From the NCBI GenBank assembly GCA_041746255.1, contig JBGTHM010000116.1, forward strand, positions 1-28,713: a stretch of DNA of 28,713 nucleotides. Direction: 5' to 3'. The notes beneath the pieces are model-generated. The model saw only the letters and a program-made list of their open reading frames with translations, ran no database searches and was not told where the DNA came from. The stretch is from Fibrobacteria bacterium. Its GTDB lineage: Bacteria > Fibrobacterota > Fibrobacteria > UBA11236. Of the stretch, positions 9,972 through 18,588 are shown in pieces. The stretch's first letter is position 1; every line of letters begins with the position of its first letter. The position numbers were made by a program, and so were the translations under genes.

Positions 9972-10664
9972 CTAAATAACCGCTTTCATTTTTTCTTCAA
10001 TGAACTTTGCCCTTTCACTCGCAGAAGTATCAAAACCGAGGTGCCCCGAAATCGACCTTCTGAAATTGTCATCTCTCAACAGCGTTCGGAATGATTCGGA
10101 AATAAAACCTTTAACTAGATCCGGCGCCGCGAGAATTTCTTCAATATTATCATTCCCATCAATTACCGTTATGATATCCTCGATATCATGGTCGTTCCAA
10201 TAATCACCTTGCCCTCTGTCCTTTGAAGCTTCGAGCTTCGTCGCCAGGAAATACGCCAATGGTAGGATGTTTATAGCCAGTCCCGATGGCAATGTCTTTT
10301 CCAGAGCGTGCTTCCTGCCTTCCCTGAACCAGGGTATATCTCTATACCCCATAATTGCGCAATTATCGGGAATGGTATCTACAATTACGCCTTTAAACTT
10401 CCACCTGACCATTGGGGCGTTTTCCGACATGTCGTTGGAAAATCCAAGTAGCCGAAGTTTTTCACTGAATCTAGCGAATTCAACCGGGGTAGATATTTGT
10501 ACGATACAATCCACATCTTTTGTCGGCCTGATGTCTGTGAGGTCCGGATTTTCAACATAGAACTGCGTGCAAGCACCACCGATAAAAATCGCATCTTTAG
10601 CCATTTCTTTAAGGCCAACGACGATTACTTCCAAGCGTTCGAGGTTCTCACTCATATTCGGCAT
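9972..10664 (-). CDS. Putative nucleotidyltransferase (AbiEii/pol-beta-like), candidate toxin
   Basis: FIGGAC...RPTKDVD (GG + DxD), VDTIP, FLATKLEA..RG, HDIEDI; overlaps the stop of the upstream wHTH gene. Confidence 0.72.
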   Translation of the reverse strand: MPNMSENLERLEVIVVGLKEMAKDAIFIGGACTQFYVENPDLTDIRPTKDVDCIVQISTPVEFARFSEKLRLLGFSNDMSENAPMVRWKFKGVIVDTIPDNCAIMGYRDIPWFREGRKHALEKTLPSGLAINILPLAYFLATKLEASKDRGQGDYWNDHDIEDIITVIDGNDNIEEILAAPDLVKGFISESFRTLLRDDNFRRSISGHLGFDTSASERAKFIEEKMKAVI

Positions 10665-11181
10665 GGCCGTTCCTCTCTTCGAGCAAGGCGTTCAGCTTTT
10701 GGATTGCCAGTTTTCTCTCCCTTGCCTTTCCTATCCTAATCGCATCAACCAACGCCAATAGATCATATAGTTTCCTGTCCTTGAGAGCCGCTTCAGGAGC
10801 ATGCTCACTAAGCGGCCTGATGCCTGTTCCCCTGATCTTTCCCTTAGCATATGGCCACACATAAACATCCTGTTCTTCCATTACCAATTCGCCGTTAAGG
10901 ACCGGCGCCGAATGGGAAGTGGGTACTCCTCTCTCAAGGGCGCCGGTTCTTGCTGGAAAGGAATATTTCACTCCATGAATGAGGAATTCGGACATGGCAG
11001 CGGGTAGAACTGTTCGGGTATGCTCATCGAATAGTCGCGAAAGTTTAAGTCTTTTGACCGATGCATGAGTCTCACCAACGCTTAAACCAACTTCACTCGA
11101 TAGCTGAGAATAAGTCCAGCTCCTGTTTTCACTCTGGAGAATGAATAGCTTGCATAAGACAACCACGTCCAAGGATTTCAA
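10648..11181 (-). CDS. Winged-HTH protein, candidate antitoxin/regulator
   Basis: WTYSQLSSEVGLSVGETHASVKRL helix-turn-helix; EFLIHGVKYSFP, RGVPTSHSAP, YVWP, LVDAIRIG. Start set at TTG 11181 after an AAGGAGG RBS, matching paralog 26485..27036. Confidence 0.75.
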   Translation of the reverse strand: MKSLDVVVLCKLFILQSENRSWTYSQLSSEVGLSVGETHASVKRLKLSRLFDEHTRTVLPAAMSEFLIHGVKYSFPARTGALERGVPTSHSAPVLNGELVMEEQDVYVWPYAKGKIRGTGIRPLSEHAPEAALKDRKLYDLLALVDAIRIGKARERKLAIQKLNALLEERNGHAEYE

Positions 11182-11202
11182 CTCGACCTCCTTTTTATTC
11201 AA

Positions 11203-11286
11203 TATTCATGAATCGTGAATATACCCGGAATAATACGCTTTTATGCTGAAATACGCAATATATTCATTATTCATGAATCGTAAATA
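11203..11286. promoter_or_regulatory. Two copies of a near-palindromic operator
   Basis: TATTCATGAATCGTGAATA (11203-11221) and TATTCATGAATCGTAAATA (11268-11286). Confidence 0.7.
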
Positions 11287-11401
11287 CCCTCCTCTAAATC
11301 AGGGATAGGGGGGAGGGATTATGTCGACCGGAAACGCGAGTACGGCAATTGCTTTCTATACCTACGCACACATCTGTCTCAAAATGCTAAAATGAATCCC
11401 T

Positions 11402-12517
11402 ATGCCAAAAGTCATGCTCGTTTGCGGGGCCCGCCCCAATTTCATGAAGGTGGCGCCCATCCTGGCAGCCATGAAAAAATCCGGGCGTCTCAGCCCCTAC
11501 CTGGTCCATACCGGTCAACACTACGATGAAAAAATGTCGAAGTCGTTCTTCGATCTGTTGAATATTCCCCGGCCCGACATCGATTTGGAAGTGGGGTCGG
11601 GCACCCATGCCGAACAAACCGGAAAAATCATGGTGGCCTTCGAAAAGGTATGCCAAAGTGAAAAACCCGACCTCGTACTCGTAGTGGGCGATGTCAACTC
11701 GACCATGGCCTGCACTATCACCGCCAAAAAGTTGTGGATACCCGTGGCGCATGTGGAAGCGGGCCTCCGGTCCTTCGATATGAAAATGCCGGAAGAAATC
11801 AACCGTATGGTAACCGATGCCATTTGTGATTTATTTTTTACTACCGACCCCGATGCCAATGCCAACTTGAAAACGGCAGGCGTTGAGGCAAGTAAAATCC
11901 ACTTCGCGGGCAATGTCATGATTGATACTTTGCTGGCCAATCTGGAAAAGGCCCGGGACAATTCCATTCTGGAAGACTTGGGAGTCACCCGAAAGAAATA
12001 TGCTTTCCTGACCATGCACCGCCCTTCCAACGTGGATAACCAAGAGATTCTCCACGCGCTGCTGGGCGCTTTCGAATATATCCAGAAAAAGATTCCCATC
12101 GTATTCCCCGCGCATCCCCGCACTTTGAAGATGATGGATGCTTTCGGATTTTTCCCATGGCTTAAAAGCATGGAAAATCTGAAGGTTTGCGAGCCACTGA
12201 ATTACCATCAAATGCTGAAGCTCAACTCGGAATCACTATTCGCCCTGACGGATTCCGGAGGTTTGCAGGAAGAAACGACGGTGTTGGGCATCCCCTGCAT
12301 CACCATGCGGGAGAATACCGAGCGGCCGGTAACCGTGGAAGTGGGCACCAGCGAAGTGGTGGGGGCCGATCCGGAGAAAATCAAATCCGCGGCAGACAGG
12401 ATATTGGCTGGCCGGTGGAAGAAAGGCGGCATTCCCGAAGGGTGGGATGGGAAAGCCGGGGAGAGAATCGTGCGGGGAATTGAAGTCTATTTGGGCGCAC
12501 TTGACGACGGCGCGTGA
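11402..12517 (+). CDS. wecB: UDP-N-acetylglucosamine 2-epimerase (non-hydrolysing)
   Basis: GARPNFMK, HTGQHYD, HVEAGLRS, PEEINR, TDSGGLQEE, RENTERP. Confidence 0.95.
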   Translation: MPKVMLVCGARPNFMKVAPILAAMKKSGRLSPYLVHTGQHYDEKMSKSFFDLLNIPRPDIDLEVGSGTHAEQTGKIMVAFEKVCQSEKPDLVLVVGDVNSTMACTITAKKLWIPVAHVEAGLRSFDMKMPEEINRMVTDAICDLFFTTDPDANANLKTAGVEASKIHFAGNVMIDTLLANLEKARDNSILEDLGVTRKKYAFLTMHRPSNVDNQEILHALLGAFEYIQKKIPIVFPAHPRTLKMMDAFGFFPWLKSMENLKVCEPLNYHQMLKLNSESLFALTDSGGLQEETTVLGIPCITMRENTERPVTVEVGTSEVVGADPEKIKSAADRILAGRWKKGGIPEGWDGKAGERIVRGIEVYLGALDDGA

Positions 12518-12560
12518 TGCCGCGATTTCAGGCGACCGGAATGTTAACGCTTAGGAGAGG

Positions 12561-13823
12561 TTACCCGATCCATTTATCCAAGGGCATGAGACGCACCCTT
12601 CCTTTTACCGCCGAATCCTTTCGGGTCAACACCAACAACTCCTTTCCGACCGGTATGACTTTTTCCGCCCAGTCGAATTCCTCGACCGATACATGGTTTC
12701 GATATTTCACCTCGATGAGCGAATCACCCACGAAATCAATTTCCCGCGCTCCCAGCCAGTAGGAAAGCCTGGGACCTTTATTTTGGCGGCGAAGTTCGGT
12801 GGCGACAATGCCTTCTACCATTCTGCCGACGATGGCCGGATCCTGGGTTCTGTTTTGAGCAGCAGCGAAAGAGAATTCCCATCCCTTTCCAAAATCGCTG
12901 AAAAGATGAAACAGGAAAGGATCCAGGGCGTAAAACTTCCGATTCTTGCGCGGCGCAGGGGGACCGCCATGCGGGTCGGTCCAATAGCAGGAAACCACCA
13001 TGAAGATTTGTTCCAGCAAGGCTAGGTATTCCTCGGCCGTCCGATTGCTACCCACGCCACAGTCGCGCGATAATTTGAGCACACTGGTCGGCGTTCCCTG
13101 ATGCTCGGCCAAATATGGAAGGATGTGGTTAAGGAGATGGCCTCTGTGATTTTCCTTTTGAAAGGCTCCTTGAATGGCGGCGGCATGAATTTCGAAGACA
13201 TGGGAAGGAATCGCCTTCAGGCGCAAGTACTCGTTGATGCTCCAGGGAAAGCCGCCCGTCAGAAGGAACTCCTCGAACCGCAGACGATCTTTCACCATGG
13301 AATAGGGAATGGGGAGCAACTCGAAGTCGACGGGATGACGACGCCCTCTCCTTCCGGGAAGGCGATCCGCGCCGGCGTGAAGATCTACCGCTGAGGATCC
13401 GGTACCTAACAATAAGCTATTGGAAGCTTTGCCTGAGTCGGCCAGCACCTTCAAGGCCAACCACCACTCGTCCAAGGCCGTGATCTCGTCGATTAGGAGA
13501 ACCGTGTACCCCGATTGCTCCTCGATAAATGCTTCCATTTCCCCCAAGAGATGGTGACGGTCCGTGAATCGCTCGGCATCGAAGAGGACGATATTCTCCG
13601 GTGCAATCCCTTGGTTTAAGCACCGGGCGGCAAATTGTCTGAGGAAGGTGCTTTTCCCGATTTGCCGGGGCCCACGCAATAAAACGATTCCCGGAGGACG
13701 AGGGTCGAGCGCCTTGACCAATTGCTGGGTATGGGGAAGGTAGAGTGGCTGACCTTGGGCCTCCGCCAGCTTGAAATCGCGCTTTTCCCAGTCCGGAGAC
13801 CTAAGCCAGGGTTGATACCGCAT
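12561..13823 (-). CDS. AAA_14 ATPase with DUF4143 / PD-(D/E)xK-like C-terminus
   Basis: Walker A GPRQIGKST, Walker B LLIDEI, GTGSS, GGFP, KFYALDP, EIDF...IEVK. Confidence 0.85.
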   Translation of the reverse strand: MRYQPWLRSPDWEKRDFKLAEAQGQPLYLPHTQQLVKALDPRPPGIVLLRGPRQIGKSTFLRQFAARCLNQGIAPENIVLFDAERFTDRHHLLGEMEAFIEEQSGYTVLLIDEITALDEWWLALKVLADSGKASNSLLLGTGSSAVDLHAGADRLPGRRGRRHPVDFELLPIPYSMVKDRLRFEEFLLTGGFPWSINEYLRLKAIPSHVFEIHAAAIQGAFQKENHRGHLLNHILPYLAEHQGTPTSVLKLSRDCGVGSNRTAEEYLALLEQIFMVVSCYWTDPHGGPPAPRKNRKFYALDPFLFHLFSDFGKGWEFSFAAAQNRTQDPAIVGRMVEGIVATELRRQNKGPRLSYWLGAREIDFVGDSLIEVKYRNHVSVEEFDWAEKVIPVGKELLVLTRKDSAVKGRVRLMPLDKWIG

Positions 13824-13956
13824 TGCCGAATCCCTATTCCAAACTTTATATTTAGCTATATTTTAAATTATATATAATTTATATTTAATGTCTATAGAAT
13901 TTATATTTAAAGGGGATTTTCCCATCATTGGCGTAGAGGCTCTCTTTTAATTTTAG

Positions 13957-13979
13957 TATAATCTAGACAGTCTAGATTA
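13957..13979 (+). promoter_or_regulatory. -10 box overlapped by a perfect palindromic operator of the Phd-VapC operon
   Basis: TATAAT at 13957-13962; TAATCTAGAC-A-GTCTAGATTA at 13959-13979; AGGGAG RBS follows. Confidence 0.8.
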
Positions 13980-13992
13980 AAGGGAGCGGATC

Positions 13993-14232
13993 ATGGAATG
14001 GCAATTTCAAGTCGCGAAAAACAAACTTAGCGAGGTTGTGGATCAGTCCCTGATAAACGGCCCTCAGGAAATCACCCGCCACGGAAAAAAAACGGCCGTG
14101 CTGCTTTCCATCGAGGATTACCGTCGTTTGAAAGGAAGGAAAGGCAATCTCGCCGACTTTTTCCGCAACTCACCTTTAGGTGAAATTTCACTTGAGCGCT
14201 CCAAGGATTTTCCGCGCGAGGTGGACCTGTGA
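13993..14232 (+). CDS. Phd/YefM family antitoxin
   Basis: WQFQVAKNKLSEVV..GPQEITRHGK..AVLLS; GTGA overlap with the PIN gene. Confidence 0.9.
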   Translation: MEWQFQVAKNKLSEVVDQSLINGPQEITRHGKKTAVLLSIEDYRRLKGRKGNLADFFRNSPLGEISLERSKDFPREVDL

Positions 14233-14651
14233 AATACCTCTTCGATACATGCCTGGTATCCGAATTGGTGCGAAAGATCCCTGAAAAAAAGGTTGTCGAA
14301 TGGACGGCTGAGTGCGATGAGGAACTGGCCTATCTCAGCGTTCTTACTGTCGGAGAAATTCAAAAGGGCATTTCCAAACTGGGTGATAAAAAAAGGAAGG
14401 CCTCTTTGCAAAACTGGCTGGACTCCCATTTGCTGTTGAGATTCAACGGGCGCATCCTTCCCGTCAGCGAAGAGGTGGCGCAAACCTGGGGGTTGCTGCA
14501 GGGTGAAGCCGAATCCAAAGGCATAGCCATCTCCACCATAGATGGATTGATAGGAGCGACCGCAATCACCCACAATCTGACCGTAGTCACCCGCAACGAA
14601 AAGGACTTGACTCCCACCGGAGCGAAAATCTTCAACCCCTGGTCGTTGTGA
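14229..14651 (+). CDS. vapC: VapC family PIN-domain toxin
   Basis: YLFDTCLVSE, SVLTVGEI, DGLIGATA, VVTRN.KD acidic PIN motifs. Confidence 0.92.
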   Translation: MKYLFDTCLVSELVRKIPEKKVVEWTAECDEELAYLSVLTVGEIQKGISKLGDKKRKASLQNWLDSHLLLRFNGRILPVSEEVAQTWGLLQGEAESKGIAISTIDGLIGATAITHNLTVVTRNEKDLTPTGAKIFNPWSL

Positions 14652-14799
14652 CCGTTCGCTATCATTGTTCGGTCTGGATGCTGCGGGCAGACAGGTGGAG
14701 GAGTTTCACGGACTGGAAGTGGGGAACATCGGCTAGCCCCATAGGGAACCTTTCAGACCTGGAGTGTCAACCCGGAATTGGGTTGAACCTTACACCCCA

Positions 14800-15654
14800 T
14801 CAAACCAGGTAGGCCAGAAATTCCTGGGCCGAGGCGATCAGCAAATCCTTCTCTCCCACCTTTGTCCAACTCCACTTCCCAGGCTCGGCGATAAGCTGAA
14901 CGGCCATGATGCTCCCCAAAGGGGGTAGGAACTTCTTCCAGTTCGGCGAAGGCGCTCCGTCTCCCCATTTGGTTTCCACGGCCATCCAAGGCCGCCAGTC
15001 TCGGGCGACCAGGAAATCGATTTCTTGCTTTTCCTTGTTCCGAATATAATGCAGGGTGAATCCGCCCAAAAGTGACAAGCCTTCAGGAGGTGGCTGGCGA
15101 CCAGATTTTCATAGCGTGCGGATTTGTCCCGCACCTCGCTGAAATCCCAAAGGTATGCCTTACCTTCTTTTTTGAGCGACCGGGTTACTGCTCCCTGATA
15201 GGGCTTGATTTCGAAGAGGTAAAACAATTCCTGCAGGAACGTCACCCAGCGCTTCACGGTTTCATGGTTTACTTCCAGATGCTCCCGTAAGGAAGCGATG
15301 CTGAATAGGGAGCCGACTTTTTCCGGCAGCAGTGAGGCCAGCATTTCAATGCGACTCAACTCGGGAATGCGGCTCAAATCCCGGAGGTCTTCCCGGATAA
15401 CCTTTTCCATTCGGCCCCTGCGCCATAATCTGGCCTTTTTTTCATCCTGTGAGAATAGTGGGTCGGGAAATCCGCCGAACCGCATCAGGTTCAAAAATGC
15501 CTCCGTCCACTCTTTCTTTGGAGTAAGGGCCCTGCCGTGCAAGGCATCGAAAAGCGAATCGGGAGACTGTACCCCGCTCAGAACCATTTCCCGCAGCGTA
15601 AACGGATGCAAGCGAAAATGAAAATACCGGCCGAGCAAGCTATCGCGTCTTCAT
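14800..15654 (-). pseudogene. AAA_14/DUF4143 ATPase pseudogene with two internal deletions or frameshifts
   Basis: ATG 15654 gives MKTR then a stop, and joins out of frame to DSLLGRYFHFRLHPF, so Walker A/B are missing. A second frameshift near 15060 joins HFWAD to FTLHYIRNKEKQEIDF..VETK. Confidence 0.85.
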
Positions 15655-15661
15655 GTGGCCA

Positions 15662-15713
15662 AATTACGATCAGATCGTAATTGGGTCAGGTTCCGACCCA
15701 ATTACGATCTGAT
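15662..15713. promoter_or_regulatory. Nested perfect inverted repeats upstream of the AAA_14 pseudogene
   Basis: AATTACGATC-A-GATCGTAATT (15662-15682), and 19-bp arms ATCAGATCGTAATTGGGTC / GACCCAATTACGATCTGAT (15669-15713). Confidence 0.7.
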
Positions 15714-15888
15714 GGAAAAACGGTCAGAACGGGGCTGAGCGCTATTTTCGGACGAGCCCTAGCGTCACGTTTCCCCCCTCAAAGGCCATGGGATGATTAA
15801 GGTTTCAAAGTCCGATCATGGGGCGAAGACTACGGGCAGAAAGGTTAACACCCTGGATGAGGGAAAAATCTATGCTATCCTTTATGGG

Positions 15889-17367
15889 ATGGTAACGTTA
15901 TGCAACCGGTTTTTGCCGCGACTGATCCTTTCCGTTTTCTTCGCATCCCCTTTCACCCTTGCCGCAAACTATAACCTTCCTCTGGATCGCGCCTATACCT
16001 TGCGCAACGCCCAACCCTTTGTCCTGGAAGCCGAATACCATCGGATGATCTCCGGAGACAAGCAGCGATCCTATCTCTTTCCCAGACCATGCTTTTCGGA
16101 AGTGGACGGCAGCCGGGTTTGCCCAGACTCACGGTTGTTGCATTTCCAGGATGAGGAAAGCCAAGGACAGGTGGACTTCGGTTTTCAGGCGGGCTTCGAA
16201 TACCGTTATCAAGGCGAGCATGTCCAGGCTTACTATCCCGGATTTTCCGCGCATGGGCATAGCGGCCCCATTTCCTTCTATGTAGACGCCGCGACTTTCA
16301 CCGAATCCCATGAGAACTTTTTCCACCCCAGCTACGACCGGGAATTCGTCGAAAGGCAAAGCAAGGAAGTATCCGAATCCGTGGCTTACTCCTCCTATTC
16401 CCGTTATCGGAGCAATGTTTCCTATGATTGGAGCTGGGGCCGATTGACGGCCGCACGCGATGCCGTGCATTGGGGCCCGGGTCTTTTCCACAACCTGGTT
16501 TTTCATCAGGATGCGGTGCCTTTCAATCAATTGGTCTTCACCACTCATTTAGGTCCTTTTTCCATTTCCACGCTCTATTCTCCGCTGCAAATTAACGCCG
16601 ATGAATCGGGCAAGTTTCAAGCCGACACCGCTTCGAGAAATCTGTACGGGCATCGCTATGAATGGCGCATGAGTTCCAATTGGTTGCTGGGTATCAGCGA
16701 GCAGTTGATTTTCTACAACAAATCTGCGCCTTTCGCCTTCGTGCCCGTAGTGCCGTTGTTCATCGCCAAGGGATACGAGCATGAGCTGTCGAATAGCGGG
16801 CGGATCGCCCTCGATTTATCCTATCGAAAACCCGGAGTGGGCACGGTTTATTCGGAGTTCATGGTGGATGACGTGCTGGCGCCGACGTCGATATTCAACG
16901 ACTATTGGGGAAACAAATGGGCCTGGATGGCGGGCGCGCATGGCATTCTGACCCTGGGAAGTCTCGAGGGCGGGCTTATCGGGGAATACAGCCGCATTGA
17001 ACCCTGGGTGTATACCAGCTATCGGAAAAATGAGCGACAGGCGGCTAATGCCGGCCATCCCCTGGGTAATCAATTGGGGCCGAACTCGCAGGCGATGACG
17101 TTAAAGCCTTATGTGCGCTGGGGAGGTAACGGGTATGTTTCCACCCGCCTGGATCTGGTTTGGAAGGGCACGGATCGAGGTTCGCATATCAATGATGACT
17201 TTGAGGCCGGTAGCCCGGGTAAAAAGGTTTTTATCCAAGGCGTGGGGAAGCCCGATGTTTTGGTTACCCCTTTTCTTTCCTATCGCTGGAAATATTTTAC
17301 GGCGGAAACGTGGGGCACGGTTGGGGCGAGAAAAGAAAGCTTCCTCCGCTTTAATTTTCAGATTTAG
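15889..17367 (+). CDS. Capsule assembly Wzi-like outer-membrane protein
   Basis: Signal peptide; RDAVHWGPG, GHRYEW, GISEQ, EYSRIEPWVY, LGNQLGPNS motifs; beta-barrel-like C-terminus. Start placed at ATG 15889. Confidence 0.7.
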   Translation: MVTLCNRFLPRLILSVFFASPFTLAANYNLPLDRAYTLRNAQPFVLEAEYHRMISGDKQRSYLFPRPCFSEVDGSRVCPDSRLLHFQDEESQGQVDFGFQAGFEYRYQGEHVQAYYPGFSAHGHSGPISFYVDAATFTESHENFFHPSYDREFVERQSKEVSESVAYSSYSRYRSNVSYDWSWGRLTAARDAVHWGPGLFHNLVFHQDAVPFNQLVFTTHLGPFSISTLYSPLQINADESGKFQADTASRNLYGHRYEWRMSSNWLLGISEQLIFYNKSAPFAFVPVVPLFIAKGYEHELSNSGRIALDLSYRKPGVGTVYSEFMVDDVLAPTSIFNDYWGNKWAWMAGAHGILTLGSLEGGLIGEYSRIEPWVYTSYRKNERQAANAGHPLGNQLGPNSQAMTLKPYVRWGGNGYVSTRLDLVWKGTDRGSHINDDFEAGSPGKKVFIQGVGKPDVLVTPFLSYRWKYFTAETWGTVGARKESFLRFNFQI

Positions 17368-18575
17368 GTTCGCGCGGTTTCCAAAACCTGTAAGTATTCC
17401 CGAGCCAGGACGTCGCGATTGAAGTGATCCTTCACATATTGGAATCCCCTCTCTCCAAACTCATTTCCCTCGGTGGCGGCTACTAATTCGCATGCGGATA
17501 TCAAAGCGCTTTCATCCTCCGGCTCGATCGCCATACCGGCTCCGGCGGCCTCCACGATTCCCATCGACTCTCCTTCCACCCCCATCAAAATGGGAATGCC
17601 CATGCCCATGGCTTCAAACATTTTCGAAGGGATTACCGTTTTAAAGAGGTCGGACTTTTTCAAGTGAATCAAACAGGCGTCCAATACCGACCAAGCCGCC
17701 GGCATCTCCTCTTTGGACAGACGCCCGGTGAACACGACATTCTTCAGCCCTTTGCGCTCGGCTTCATCACGCAAGGCATCCAGGCGGGCGCCGTCGCCCA
17801 CGACTAAAAACTTCCAGGGTTTATCCTTCGTTATTTCGGCAGCGCGAAGAACGATTTCCAGACCATGAGCCATTCCAATCGTTCCGATGTATCCGCATAG
17901 GAAATGGTTTTCTAATCCATACTTTTGCATAAAGGCTTGGTCTTTGGGCCTACGCTTGAACTTTTCCAAATCGACGCCATTATAGATGACGGATATTTTT
18001 TCGGGGGCGACGCCTTTCCCGATAAGATTGTCGCGATAGCCTTTGCCGACGGCTACGATATGCCCGGCGGTTTGATACATCTTTTTTTCCATAGCCTCGA
18101 GGCAACGGAAGGCCAATCCTTTTTCCATAGCGCCGACGGTGGAAATGGATTCCGGCCAGATGTCCCTGATTTCGAGCACGAAGCGCCAGCGCCGGATCCA
18201 ATGGATAAGTACCCCCGCCCAACCGCAGAAGAATTGGGGGGAAGTGGCGACAAGGACGTCGGGCTTACGTTCAAATTGCACTGCGATAACGGAAGAAATC
18301 ATGTATGTGACATAGTTCAAGATTCGCCGCCAAGTGCCTTTGTTGGCGGCTATGAAAGTCCAGACGCGCACCACCTTGATGCCATCGACATATTCCACTT
18401 GCCGGGGCAGGTTGCGGTAACCCGCGAAGACCTCGCCGCGTGGGGCATTGGGAGCGCTGGTGATTACGGTGACTTGGTGCCCGGCTTGCACCCAACGCTT
18501 GGCGTTTTCGTAGGTGCGCGAGGCCGGGGCGTTAACCTCGGGGTGAAAGTAATGGCAGAGGAATAGGATTTTCAT
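17364..18575 (-). CDS. Glycosyltransferase family 4 (WbuB-like)
   Basis: MKILFLCHYFHPE, RDIWPES, YIGTIGMAHGL, PSKMFEAM; AAGGA RBS before ATG 18575. Confidence 0.92.
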   Translation of the reverse strand: MKILFLCHYFHPEVNAPASRTYENAKRWVQAGHQVTVITSAPNAPRGEVFAGYRNLPRQVEYVDGIKVVRVWTFIAANKGTWRRILNYVTYMISSVIAVQFERKPDVLVATSPQFFCGWAGVLIHWIRRWRFVLEIRDIWPESISTVGAMEKGLAFRCLEAMEKKMYQTAGHIVAVGKGYRDNLIGKGVAPEKISVIYNGVDLEKFKRRPKDQAFMQKYGLENHFLCGYIGTIGMAHGLEIVLRAAEITKDKPWKFLVVGDGARLDALRDEAERKGLKNVVFTGRLSKEEMPAAWSVLDACLIHLKKSDLFKTVIPSKMFEAMGMGIPILMGVEGESMGIVEAAGAGMAIEPEDESALISACELVAATEGNEFGERGFQYVKDHFNRDVLAREYLQVLETART

Positions 18576-18588
18576 CAAGTCCTTTAAG

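Noticed and set aside
14767..14786. TCAACCC/GGGTTGA hairpin between vapC and the AAA pseudogene
   Set aside because: 7-bp stem with no T-tract; not enough to call a terminator.
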